The translations under genes were made by a program, and so were the position numbers. Below the pieces are notes generated by a model. The model was not told where the DNA came from and searched no databases. It saw only the letters and a program-made list of their open reading frames with translations. A stretch of DNA of 64,000 bases from Minisyncoccota bacterium (GTDB taxonomy: Bacteria > Patescibacteriota > Minisyncoccia > Phycocordibacterales > PALSA-1337): NCBI GenBank assembly GCA_036170235.1, contig JAVHOW010000017.1, positions 4,143 to 68,142 on the forward strand, given 5' to 3'. Positions 24,936 through 34,759 of the stretch are shown here, one piece after another (the first letter of the stretch is position 1; each line of letters opens with the position of its first letter).

Positions 24936-24967
24936 AGTTTCTTTTTGTGGTACACTTATATCTGAAT

Positions 24968-27001
24968 ATGGCTATAGTCCCTACAGATGAAAATCGCATA
25001 ACTTATTTCGCTGAAACAGATGCCCGCAACAAGCGAGTTAAATTTGGCATCAAAGCGAAAGATCGCGCCAAGCACGTCTACGTGATTGGTAAAACTGGCA
25101 TGGGAAAATCTACCATGCTGGAAAATATGGCAGTACAAGATATTCAGAACGGTGAAGGTATGTGCTTCATTGATCCGCACGGAAAAACCGCTGATTTACT
25201 TTTGGAATATGTACCCAAAGAACGTATTCGTGATGTGATATACATCGCGCCATTTGACGTTGAGTATCCGATTTCATTTAACGTTATGGAAAGTGTCGAT
25301 CCAGCCAAGCGGCACCTTGTGGTTTCAGGTCTGATGAGTACCTTCAAAAAGATTTGGGTTGATGCTTGGTCGGCGCGTATGGAATATATTTTGACAAATA
25401 CTTTGTTAGCTTTGCTTGAAGCACCTGGAACAACTTTGCTTGGAGTTAACAGAATGTTGTCTGACAAAGAATATCGCAAAGAAATCGTTTCGCATGTGCA
25501 AGATCCATCAGTCAAAGCTTTTTGGGTCAAAGAATTCGCTAGCTATACTGAACGTCAAGCCGCTGAAGCTGTGCCGGCAATTCAAAACAAAGTCGGTCAA
25601 TTCACCGCCAATCCACTGATTCGCAACATGATCGGTCAGCCAGTATCGTCATTCGATTTTCGTCAGGCTATGGATAGTCGCAAGATTATCATCATCAACT
25701 TATCAAAAGGAAGAATCGGTGACGAGAATATGAAATTGCTCGGTGGACTTTTGGTGACCAAAATATATTTGGCGGCAATGTCGCGCGCTGATGTGCCAGA
25801 TCGGGTTATGAAGATGTTACCGAACTTTTATTTATTTGTTGATGAATTCCAAAACTTTGCCAACGCTTCGTTTGCCGATATTCTTTCTGAAGCTCGAAAG
25901 TATAAATTGAACTTGACGATAGCGCACCAGTATATAGAACAAATGGATGAGATCGTTCGTCCGGCAGTCTTCGGTAACGTTGGCACGATGATAGCGTTTC
26001 GCGTTGGCGCCACTGATGCCGAAGCATTGGAACAAGAATTCGCGCCAGTGTTCGTAATTGAAGATTTGGTGAATTTGGGCGCGTATCAAATTTATTTAAA
26101 ATTGATGATAGATGGTTTGAGCTCGACGCCATTTTCAGCGAAAACGATTGACGCTATACCACACCCAGATACTTCATACATGAATGAGATTATTGCGGCA
26201 TCTCGTGAACAATTCTCTCGACCACGAGCGGAGGTTGAAGCGCTGGTCATCAAGTTCCATGAACCAACGGTTCCAGTGAAGAAGGTTGTTGCGCCTGTGG
26301 TCACGGTTCCGCCAGTTGTACCAATTACGACTCCAAAATCAACGACTCCCGGCTCCGCAAATGTAGGTTTGAGAGACACGCAGTCGTCCTCGCCTGCAAT
26401 TACGAAACCAGCAGGCGAGGACGCTACTAGTTCTCGTCGCCGCCTTAATGGGTTAGATAAACAACAACTCCGCGGCGGTTCCGAAATGTCTCCAAAACCT
26501 CCACTTGCTTCACTGGAGAGTCGTACTCCTTTACCTGTGGCGATCAAACCCAAACCTCCTTCTTCAGTAGAATTAAAAATTACACCAGCGCCGATTCAAA
26601 AAAACGCACCCCCAGTCCAACCATCTGTTCAACCATCTGTCCAAATAAAACCAGTATCACTAGCCTCGCTTTCTCCAAGTATTACGACTGCCAGACAAGA
26701 CCCGAAAGTTCCTTCAGCAAAGAATGTAAATGATTTGAAGAATGCCTTGACGGCGGCTTTGAATAAGTCAAAAGTTGAAACTAAATCTTCAATACCAGCT
26801 CAATCTTCACAACCAATTAAAATGCCAACTGAAGACGGTTTTCAGCCACTAACTTCTTTGAAAAACCTGAAACCAATTCAGAAAATTCAGTCATCACAGT
26901 CGCCAATTACTCCCGCACCAATTCAAAACAGCCAAAATGTTCCAATAAAGCCAGCAGAAGTTCCAGAAGATGTTCTCAAGAAGGTATTGAAAGTAGACTA
27001 A
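24968..27001 (+). CDS. VirD4/TraG/TraD-like P-loop ATPase (type IV coupling-protein-like) with Pro/Ser/Thr-rich tail
   Basis: HVYVIGKTGMGKSTMLENM (Walker A), FYLFVDEFQNF (Walker B) and TIAHQY. The last ~240 aa are low-complexity (PVQPSVQPSVQ...). Confidence 0.6.
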   Translation: MAIVPTDENRITYFAETDARNKRVKFGIKAKDRAKHVYVIGKTGMGKSTMLENMAVQDIQNGEGMCFIDPHGKTADLLLEYVPKERIRDVIYIAPFDVEYPISFNVMESVDPAKRHLVVSGLMSTFKKIWVDAWSARMEYILTNTLLALLEAPGTTLLGVNRMLSDKEYRKEIVSHVQDPSVKAFWVKEFASYTERQAAEAVPAIQNKVGQFTANPLIRNMIGQPVSSFDFRQAMDSRKIIIINLSKGRIGDENMKLLGGLLVTKIYLAAMSRADVPDRVMKMLPNFYLFVDEFQNFANASFADILSEARKYKLNLTIAHQYIEQMDEIVRPAVFGNVGTMIAFRVGATDAEALEQEFAPVFVIEDLVNLGAYQIYLKLMIDGLSSTPFSAKTIDAIPHPDTSYMNEIIAASREQFSRPRAEVEALVIKFHEPTVPVKKVVAPVVTVPPVVPITTPKSTTPGSANVGLRDTQSSSPAITKPAGEDATSSRRRLNGLDKQQLRGGSEMSPKPPLASLESRTPLPVAIKPKPPSSVELKITPAPIQKNAPPVQPSVQPSVQIKPVSLASLSPSITTARQDPKVPSAKNVNDLKNALTAALNKSKVETKSSIPAQSSQPIKMPTEDGFQPLTSLKNLKPIQKIQSSQSPITPAPIQNSQNVPIKPAEVPEDVLKKVLKVD

Positions 27002-27021
27002 GAATGTGGAAGTATGGAGGT

Positions 27022-28239
27022 ATGAACAAATCTCGCCGTGTCCTAATATTTTCATTGGTGTATTACCCTCGCTTTATCGGCGGGGCAGAGGTTGCTGTTA
27101 AAGAAATTACTGACCGTATTTCAGAAAAGGAAATTGAATTTGATATGGTGACCTTGCGTCTAGATGCGCGTCTGCCAAAATTTGAACGCATTGGCAATGT
27201 GAATGTGTATAGAGTTGGTTGGGCAAATCCAAGGTCGGACCTTGGACAAGTTTCTCTGGCAGATTCATTACCGCGGTATTTGCATCTAAATAAATACGCG
27301 TATTTGGTAACAGGATTTTTTAAAGCTCTATCACTTCAGCGTGTTCGAAAATACGATGCGACTTGGTCACTCATGGCGACCTACAATTCATTCGCGGCAC
27401 TTTTTTTCAAGTTGACTCATCCGAAAATTCCGTTTATTTTCACTCTCCAAGATGGCGATCCGATCGCGTATCTCAAACATCGGGCTCTGCCATTGTACCC
27501 ATTATTCAAAATGATTTTTACGCGAGCGGATCATATCCAAGCTATTTCAACATATTTGGCAGACTGGGCGCGTGATATGGGTGCGAAGTGTCCAGTTACA
27601 GTTGTACCGAACGCGGTTGATGTAGATTTATTTTCTCAAGATTTATCAATCGGTGAAGCGTCAGAACTCAAGCGTACATTAGGTAAAAAAGAGGGCGATG
27701 TCTTCTTAATCACAACTTCAAGATTGGTGACCAAAAACGCGGTCGGGGATATTATTTCAGCTCTTACTTATTTACCGCCGAATATTAAGTTGATTATTCT
27801 CGGTCAAGGATATCAGGAGGAAGATCTTAAAGCTCAAAGTGTTCAACTTAAACTCATGGGTCAATCAAATGCTGAAGACCGAGTGAAATTTTTGGGTCAT
27901 ATTCCACACGAAGACATGCCACCATATTTGCACATTTCTGAAATTTTTATTCGCCCGTCACTTTCAGAAGGTTTGGGTAATTCATTCTTGGAAGCGATGG
28001 CGGCTGGTATTCCAGTTATTGCCACGCCAGTCGGTGGTATTCCAGATTTTCTTGTTGATGGAGAGACTGGTTTATTTTGTGAAGTAAATAATCCGCACAG
28101 TATTGCGCAAAAAGTTGAGAAATTAATCAAGGATAAGGAGTCGCGGGAGTATATCGTCAGAAATGCGAAGAAGATGGTTGAGGAAAAATATAGTTGGGGA
28201 AGGGTGGTTGGGGAGATGAGGGAGATATTTGTGAGGTGA
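27022..28239 (+). CDS. glycosyltransferase family 4 (GT-B)
   Basis: PSLSEGLGNSFLEAMAAGIPVIATPVGGIPDFLVDGETG (E-x7-E type motif). Confidence 0.85.
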   Translation: MNKSRRVLIFSLVYYPRFIGGAEVAVKEITDRISEKEIEFDMVTLRLDARLPKFERIGNVNVYRVGWANPRSDLGQVSLADSLPRYLHLNKYAYLVTGFFKALSLQRVRKYDATWSLMATYNSFAALFFKLTHPKIPFIFTLQDGDPIAYLKHRALPLYPLFKMIFTRADHIQAISTYLADWARDMGAKCPVTVVPNAVDVDLFSQDLSIGEASELKRTLGKKEGDVFLITTSRLVTKNAVGDIISALTYLPPNIKLIILGQGYQEEDLKAQSVQLKLMGQSNAEDRVKFLGHIPHEDMPPYLHISEIFIRPSLSEGLGNSFLEAMAAGIPVIATPVGGIPDFLVDGETGLFCEVNNPHSIAQKVEKLIKDKESREYIVRNAKKMVEEKYSWGRVVGEMREIFVR

Positions 28240-28372
28240 GGTACGACACATGGCACAAAACACGGGATTCGGATACACGGATATTTTTCTGGTGAAAAAT
28301 TCCTATGCTCGGGCTCATCGCCCTCCGCAGTGTATCCTCACCCGTGTTTTGTGTCATGTGTCGTACCTCACC
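28235..28372. repeat. long hairpin element, copy D (32-bp outer inverted repeat with one G-T; core only loosely related)
   Basis: 28235-28266 pairs with 28341-28372. Inner stems are ggatacac/gtgtatcc and atttttc/gaaaaat. The minus strand carries tgagcccgagcata, resembling the TGAGCGAGTA motif. The left arm overlaps the stop codon at 28237-28239. Confidence 0.7.
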
Positions 28373-28395
28373 CAAATTATGCTAGACTTATAATT

Positions 28396-29514
28396 ATGAA
28401 AATCCTAATCGCTTCAGGAATATACCCACCCGACATTGGCGGCCCGGCGCAGTACGCACGCAATTTGTATGAGACATGGAAGAATGCAAAAGATGCGCCC
28501 GCCTTCGCTGAAGCTTCGGCGGGCAAGCAGGGCCAACTTTTACATGAAGTCAAAGTTGCGGCATATCGTTGGGAACGAGCATTTCCACCACTCGTTCGTC
28601 ACTTTTTGTATTTCTTGAAAATACTTCGTAAGGGTTGGAATGCAGATTTGATTTTAGTGCTTGATACTTGGTCTGCGGCAGTGCCGGCAATGTATGCGTG
28701 CAAATTGATGCGCAAAAAATACATCATTCGCACTGGTGGAGATTTTTTATGGGAATCGTATGTCGAGCGAACTGGTGATCTGGTTTTGTTCCGAGATTTT
28801 TATTTAGGAGGTTTTGGCGCAGAAAGATCGGGCGCGGAAGGATTTGACGGAGGTCAGAATTTTCTGGAGAAACTTTCGCGCAAAGAACGATTAATTTTCA
28901 AACTTGGAGGAAATGCTTTGCGCAATGCGTCCGCGCTTATTTTCAGTACCGATTGGCAGAAGCAGATTTTCGAAAAAGCATACAATTTAGACACGAAGAA
29001 AAGTCATATTGTGGAAAATTATTGCGGTGTACGTGAACCATTCATTGAACCAGAAAATCGGATGTTCGTGGCTGGTACTCGTCCGCTCAAATGGAAGAAC
29101 GCCGAACTACTAAAAGAAGCCTTCCTAGAGGCTCAAAATGAGGTTAAAAGGCTCAATTTGCCCGATATTGAGTTAGATTGCGGTAAAGCAGTTTATGATA
29201 GTTTTGTGGAGAAAATACACCGTTCTTACGCGGTAATTTTAGTCTCAATTGGTGATATTAGTCCGAATATGATATTTGACGCGGTACGCACAGGAACACC
29301 GTTTATTGTTACCAAAGAAAATGGAATTGCTGGTTGCATAAGAGATGCGGCGATTTTTATTGATCCAAAAAACAAAAAAGATATTGTGGAGAAAATCGTC
29401 TGGTTGGCTGATCCGAAAAATCGGGGGGTGCAGGCGAAGAAAGTTCAAGCATTAGCGTTTACGCATTCGTGGGAAGAGGTTGCTGATGAGATTGTGAGGA
29501 TTAGTCAGAAATAA
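28396..29514 (+). CDS. glycosyltransferase (GT-B fold, GT1/GT4-like)
   Basis: MKILIASGIYPPDIGGPAQYARNL is the N-terminus typical of GT-B enzymes. I chose the ATG at 28396 (TAGACT ends 7 nt upstream). Confidence 0.65.
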   Translation: MKILIASGIYPPDIGGPAQYARNLYETWKNAKDAPAFAEASAGKQGQLLHEVKVAAYRWERAFPPLVRHFLYFLKILRKGWNADLILVLDTWSAAVPAMYACKLMRKKYIIRTGGDFLWESYVERTGDLVLFRDFYLGGFGAERSGAEGFDGGQNFLEKLSRKERLIFKLGGNALRNASALIFSTDWQKQIFEKAYNLDTKKSHIVENYCGVREPFIEPENRMFVAGTRPLKWKNAELLKEAFLEAQNEVKRLNLPDIELDCGKAVYDSFVEKIHRSYAVILVSIGDISPNMIFDAVRTGTPFIVTKENGIAGCIRDAAIFIDPKNKKDIVEKIVWLADPKNRGVQAKKVQALAFTHSWEEVADEIVRISQK

Positions 29515-29533
29515 TTTTTGCTAACAATCAACT

Positions 29534-30610
29534 ATGCAACCAAAAAGACTATTAATGATTTCGACTGATAGGAAAATCTTCGAAGAAGGGAGCGCGGTTA
29601 GGGCGCGTCAAGTTGAATATGCGAAGGAGTGGGGAGAGGTGCATATAATTATTTTCGAAGGACGGAGCACGAAGGACGGAGAACGAATGGAGCAAAAAAA
29701 TTTTAGGGAAAATGAAACTGTCATTGCGCCAAATTGCTGGGCGTACTCGACAAGGTCAAGGTCAAAATTTTTGTACCCGTTTGACGCTATCCGTTTGGGG
29801 CGATTTATTATTGAAAAACGTGGGATAACGGAAATAACTTGCCAAGACGCTTCGTTGACTGCCATGGCTGGAATTTCTTTGAAGAAGCAGTTTCAGAATA
29901 AATCCAAATCTAATATTCCGATTCAACTTGAGATTCAAGTTCACGAAGATCTCGGCAGTCCGAATTTTGGTTATACTCTTTCAAATAAAATTCGCAAGAT
30001 GTTGGCACTTTCATACCTTCCAAAGGCGGATCGGATTCGGGTTGTTTCAAATAGGATTAAGAATTATTTAGTTGAGTCGCTTGACATCGATAGCGCGAAA
30101 ATTACCGTAAAGCCGATTGCAGTTGATGTAGAGAAAATTAAAAACGCGCCAATTCTTTCTGACGCTGATTTGCGCAAAAAGTATCCGCAGTTTGAAAAGA
30201 TTGTGTTGATGGCTGGGCGGTTGGAAAGGGAGAAGAATATTTCAGTTGCCTTGAAAGCTTTTAAGATTGTCCTCGATAAAATACCAAAAGCGGGACTTGT
30301 CATAATCGGGTCTGGTAGTCAGAAAAATAATCTTGAAGGTCAAGTAAGAAGACTTAAAATAGAAAATTCAGTTATTTTTGAAGGCTGGCAAAATTACCCG
30401 GTTTCTTACTACAAAACATGTGATTGTTTCTTGGTCACTTCTTTATTTGAAGGATATGGTTTAACGCTTGCAGAGGTGCGTGCCGCTAATATAGGTGTGT
30501 CGAACGTGATAGTATCTACTGATGTTGGAATCGCCAAGGAAGTCGGAGCTAGGATTGTAGGTTATACTCCAGACGAAATAGCTATAGGTGTCCTAGAAAA
30601 AATCTCATGA
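29534..30610 (+). CDS. glycosyltransferase family 4
   Basis: VLMAGRLEREKN, LVIIGSGS and LVTSLFEGYGLTLAEV motifs. Confidence 0.75.
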   Translation: MQPKRLLMISTDRKIFEEGSAVRARQVEYAKEWGEVHIIIFEGRSTKDGERMEQKNFRENETVIAPNCWAYSTRSRSKFLYPFDAIRLGRFIIEKRGITEITCQDASLTAMAGISLKKQFQNKSKSNIPIQLEIQVHEDLGSPNFGYTLSNKIRKMLALSYLPKADRIRVVSNRIKNYLVESLDIDSAKITVKPIAVDVEKIKNAPILSDADLRKKYPQFEKIVLMAGRLEREKNISVALKAFKIVLDKIPKAGLVIIGSGSQKNNLEGQVRRLKIENSVIFEGWQNYPVSYYKTCDCFLVTSLFEGYGLTLAEVRAANIGVSNVIVSTDVGIAKEVGARIVGYTPDEIAIGVLEKIS

Positions 30611-31659
30611 AACTTCTCATCATCACCCAAAAAGTAGACAAAAATGACCCGATTCTCGGTTTTTTTCATAGATGGATCATTGAGTTTGCTAAACATTGTG
30701 AGTCTATAGTTGTAATTTGTTTGGAAAAGGGTACGTACGAATTGCCGGCGAATGTCCGCTTACTATCTCTTGGTAAAGAAAAAGGGAAATCTAGAGTTAA
30801 GTATTTGAAGAACTTTTACAAGTATATTTGGAGTGAGAGAAAAAATTATGATGTGGTGTTCGTGCATATGAATCAGGAGTATGTGTTACTTGGAGGATTG
30901 ATTTGGCATTTATTGAGAAAAAACATTTATATGTGGAGGAATCATGTCAGAGGTGGCATGCCAACTAGATTGGCGGTGTTATTTTCTAATAAAGTATTCT
31001 GTACTTCTAAGCAGTCATTCACGGCAAGATTTAAAAAATCTCTGATAATGCCCGTGGGGATTGATACCGATCTTTTTACACCAAATAGTAAGTCTTTTAA
31101 AAGTAAAGGAAGCATTTTATATTTAGGAAGAATCGCACCAATAAAAAATATCGAGATGATCATTGAATCTATTGCAGAATTAAAGAAAGATGGTGAATTA
31201 ATTAGATTAACAATTGTTGGAAATTCTACACCAACTGATAGTTGGTATTATAAGAGTCTTAAGAAGATGGTATTAAGGATGAATCTTGTAGATGTTGTTG
31301 AATTTAGACCAGCAGTACCAAATTATCATGCAGTGAATTATTATATTTCTAATGAGATATTTATAAACGCAACGCCTGCAGGGAGTGCAGATAAAACAAT
31401 ATTTGAGGCAATGTCTTGCGGAACTATTGTAGTTGTCAGTAATGAAGAGATGATTAATAATGTATCGTTTGGAGGATATGTATTTAATAAAAGTAACGGA
31501 CTAGCTCCTGTTCTTAAAACAATCTTAAATATGAATGATTCTGAAAGAGAGTCCATTAGCAGATATCTTCATTCATACGTCATTAATAAACACAGTTTAA
31601 ATATTTTGATAACTAAATTAATTATGGAAATGAAAGATGTGTCAGATTTGCAAAAATAG
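30607..31659 (+). CDS. glycosyltransferase (GT-B fold)
   Basis: ILYLGRIAPIKN, LTIVGN and INATPAGSADKTIFEAMSCG motifs. It overlaps the upstream gene by 4 nt. Confidence 0.65.
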   Translation: MKLLIITQKVDKNDPILGFFHRWIIEFAKHCESIVVICLEKGTYELPANVRLLSLGKEKGKSRVKYLKNFYKYIWSERKNYDVVFVHMNQEYVLLGGLIWHLLRKNIYMWRNHVRGGMPTRLAVLFSNKVFCTSKQSFTARFKKSLIMPVGIDTDLFTPNSKSFKSKGSILYLGRIAPIKNIEMIIESIAELKKDGELIRLTIVGNSTPTDSWYYKSLKKMVLRMNLVDVVEFRPAVPNYHAVNYYISNEIFINATPAGSADKTIFEAMSCGTIVVVSNEEMINNVSFGGYVFNKSNGLAPVLKTILNMNDSERESISRYLHSYVINKHSLNILITKLIMEMKDVSDLQK

Positions 31660-31682
31660 TATGTTAATATAGTCTATAAATT

Positions 31683-32279
31683 ATGCATTCCTCATACGAA
31701 AAATTTATTGAACTAAAAGTTAAGGATATTAGCCGCTGTCATACGGTGCTTGATATTGGCGGAGGAGAACGTTTTCAGAAATGGCTGGCTCCGTATCAGC
31801 ATTTATTTGCTGACTGTGAATACAAGACCATGGATTATGATGCCTCGACTGGCGCAGACGTGGTCGGTGATATCCACGCGATACCGCTGGCGGATAACAG
31901 TGTTGACGGCATCATCTGCCACTCAGTGTTGGAGCACATCGAAAATCCCTGGAAAGCCATGGCTGAACTTCGTAGAATATTAAGACCTGGTGGAAAATTA
32001 TTCATCTATGTTCCATCGATCTATCCCTATCATGCGCGTAAAGGGTCCTATCCGGATTACTGGAGATTTTTCGATGATACATTATTGCTTCTCTGCAAAG
32101 GTATGCACGATGTTGAGCTGGTAAAACGTGGGGGATATTTCAAGGCGCTTTTGTTCTTCTTTCCGTTCCAGCACAAACTTCGCTGGATCATTGACCCAGT
32201 TGCCGGTTTTTTGGACAAGGTCCTCAAGACTGAGTCGCGAGTGACAACTTCGGGGTATTATTTGTACGCGGTAAAGTAG
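31683..32279 (+). CDS. class I SAM-dependent methyltransferase
   Basis: VLDIGGGE and DGIICHSVLEHIENPWKAMAELRRILRPGGKLFIYVP (Methyltransf_11-like). Confidence 0.75.
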   Translation: MHSSYEKFIELKVKDISRCHTVLDIGGGERFQKWLAPYQHLFADCEYKTMDYDASTGADVVGDIHAIPLADNSVDGIICHSVLEHIENPWKAMAELRRILRPGGKLFIYVPSIYPYHARKGSYPDYWRFFDDTLLLLCKGMHDVELVKRGGYFKALLFFFPFQHKLRWIIDPVAGFLDKVLKTESRVTTSGYYLYAVK

Positions 32280-32306
32280 GACGGCTAAGGATAGCAACAT
32301 ACTATC

Positions 32307-33476
32307 GTGAAGAAAATCATATACATATGTAATACACGCTTTCCGACGGAAAAAGCTCACGGCTTGTCTACAGTAAAGTTGTGCGAGGCTTTTGCCGAAG
32401 AAGGCTACCATGTTGATCTGGTTATTCCACGCCTGTGGAGAAAAAATACGCAAGATTTGTTTTTATACTACAACATCAAGAATAATTTCACCGTCCGGAC
32501 GGTACAGTGCATTGATTTTTTGGGATTATTTTTCATCCCGCAAATTGAGCGTCTAACTTTTTTGATACAAATAATGTCGTTCTCATTTCTTTCATATTTT
32601 TTTGTATTTAGAAAATACAGCCGTGAAGAGCGTTCGTCAGCAATCTTCATGTCGCACGACTACATGCCATTGTACGCTTCGAGTTTTGCTGGATCGCGTA
32701 TATTTTATGACGTTCATCATTTTCCCGGCAAAAATTTCATGTATCAGCGATTGATGAAAAAATGTTTTGGTTTTGCGGTTCAGACAAAGTGGAAAATCGG
32801 GGAGCTTTCAAAAATATACTCTATTGTCCCAGAAAAAATCGTGTATTGGCCCAACGGTACAGATGTTAGAAAATTTGGCCAGAATATTTCAAAAGCAGAA
32901 GCGCGTGCGGGGCTGGGTTTGGCAGTATCAAAGAATATGGTTGTCTATACTGGTCAGCTTTTTGGTTGGAAGGGAGTTGATACGCTTGTACGTTCGATAG
33001 AGCATATGGGTAAGGATGTGGCGCTGTACATTATTGGAGGAGTTGCGCATGATGTCGAACGAATGAAGTCTGAGATTGCCCAGGCACAAGACCCTCGTAT
33101 TGTTTTTATTGGTCCGCGTCCTCACGATGAAGTGGTTACCTGGCTCAAAGCCGCAGATGTCCTCGTTCTCCCGAATACGGGCAAACAGAAGGTTTCTTTG
33201 TACTACACTTCACCCATGAAACTGTTTGAGTACATGGCCGCGGGACGACCTATTGTTGCCACTAAAATACCATCAATACAGGAGATATTGAATGATACCA
33301 ATTCTGTGTTGGTCAATCCTGATGATCCGCAGGATATGGCGCGGGGTATTGAATGGGCATGTACTAATCAGAGCGACGCAGATGCACGAGCTCTGCAAGC
33401 GCAGAAAGATGTTCAGCAGTACACATGGGGTGAGCGTGCACGTAGAATAATTGGGCTTTTCACTATTTATGAATAA
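32307..33476 (+). CDS. glycosyltransferase family 4
   Basis: VVYTGQLFGWKGVD and YYTSPMKLFEYMAAGRPIVATKIPSIQEIL. GTG start. Confidence 0.8.
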   Translation: MKKIIYICNTRFPTEKAHGLSTVKLCEAFAEEGYHVDLVIPRLWRKNTQDLFLYYNIKNNFTVRTVQCIDFLGLFFIPQIERLTFLIQIMSFSFLSYFFVFRKYSREERSSAIFMSHDYMPLYASSFAGSRIFYDVHHFPGKNFMYQRLMKKCFGFAVQTKWKIGELSKIYSIVPEKIVYWPNGTDVRKFGQNISKAEARAGLGLAVSKNMVVYTGQLFGWKGVDTLVRSIEHMGKDVALYIIGGVAHDVERMKSEIAQAQDPRIVFIGPRPHDEVVTWLKAADVLVLPNTGKQKVSLYYTSPMKLFEYMAAGRPIVATKIPSIQEILNDTNSVLVNPDDPQDMARGIEWACTNQSDADARALQAQKDVQQYTWGERARRIIGLFTIYE

Positions 33477-34626
33477 AAAATTATCCAAAAGAATGTTCAT
33501 GATTGGTCTTATTGTGCTGTCATACGTGGCTGCACCGATATTGTTCATATGTAAGAAGTCGAAAAAGGCGAATCAAGTGAATGCTCCGCGGTTTTTGATC
33601 ATTCCCCAACTAACGCGCATCGGTGATGTTATTTGTACCACGCCAGTTTTTCGCGCAATAAAAGATAAATACCCACAGAGCCATATTGCAGTTTTCGTTT
33701 CAGTCATGACTTCATCGCTTCTTACGCACAATCCACATGTTGATGAGATTGTCCAATTTGAAGATTATTCGTTTTTTCAATTAGCAAAGAAAATCCGTGC
33801 AGAACACTATGATTGGTGTTTTAGTTTTTCCGGAACATCATTGAGTACATTGATTGCGCTCTGGGGGTTGATTACTCGTCGCGCCAAGATAACCAGACCT
33901 GATAGGCCACTCAGCGAGTCGTTGACTGATTGGATGGCTACGGACACACTTGAATATGCAGATCACTCGTATTTGCCGCAGGTGTATTTGAATCTGTTAA
34001 GATATGCCGGTATCGATTCATTTGATACAAAAAAGGAGGTGTTTACGAGTCCAGGTGGTGAGCAAAAGGCCGAAGCATTCCTTGCATCATATGCTCTTTC
34101 TAGTACAGATATGATAGTTGGTATCAGTGTAACCGCCGGTAATGCTATCAAAGAATGGGGTGATGAAAAATTTGTTGCGCTTGTCATACGTATCATTGAT
34201 CGCTACAAAGCGAAGATTGTTTTTATCGGATCACCTCGAGATGGTGCACGCATATCTACGGTCATTTCTTCAATTGATGGAGTGCACAGAACATCATGTG
34301 TCCAAGCAACAGATTTTTCTCTAGAAGAATTACCGTCACTCATCAAGCGTTTTAATTTCTTTATAAGCGGGGATACGGGACCTATGCATATAGCGCACGC
34401 TCTCGGGGTGCCACTCATCGATATCATCGGTCCAGTCCACCATGGTGAGCAGGCTCCTCGAGATAGTAAGAGTATCATCGTAAAACCAGAAGAAGAGTAT
34501 CAGCCGACCATATTTGCTTTTGAAAAAGCGGGTGACTCCAAACTTTCTCGCAAGGCGCTTGATACTACGAGTGTGGAGGCGGTGTTTTGGGCGTTTGAGG
34601 GGCTCATTGAAAGGATAAAGCGGTAG
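33469..34626 (+). CDS. glycosyltransferase family 9 (heptosyltransferase-like)
   Basis: FLIIPQLTRIGDVICTTPVFRAIKDKYPQSHIAVFV and ISGDTGPMHIAHALGVPLIDIIGP. Confidence 0.8.
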   Translation: MNKKLSKRMFMIGLIVLSYVAAPILFICKKSKKANQVNAPRFLIIPQLTRIGDVICTTPVFRAIKDKYPQSHIAVFVSVMTSSLLTHNPHVDEIVQFEDYSFFQLAKKIRAEHYDWCFSFSGTSLSTLIALWGLITRRAKITRPDRPLSESLTDWMATDTLEYADHSYLPQVYLNLLRYAGIDSFDTKKEVFTSPGGEQKAEAFLASYALSSTDMIVGISVTAGNAIKEWGDEKFVALVIRIIDRYKAKIVFIGSPRDGARISTVISSIDGVHRTSCVQATDFSLEELPSLIKRFNFFISGDTGPMHIAHALGVPLIDIIGPVHHGEQAPRDSKSIIVKPEEEYQPTIFAFEKAGDSKLSRKALDTTSVEAVFWAFEGLIERIKR

Positions 34627-34759
34627 TATTGATATATATCAAACAACGCATTTCACCTAATAAGATGAATTAATAATGTAGGCGTGCGTGTTTCGACATC
34701 CTTGCATTTCTGTTATTTTAGATGTACTGTACGATTGTTCTATTTAATCGCTCAATGCA

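Noticed and set aside
25806-26553. Minus-strand ORFs antisense to the VirD4-like gene and its low-complexity tail
   Set aside because: These are antisense shadows with no motif support.
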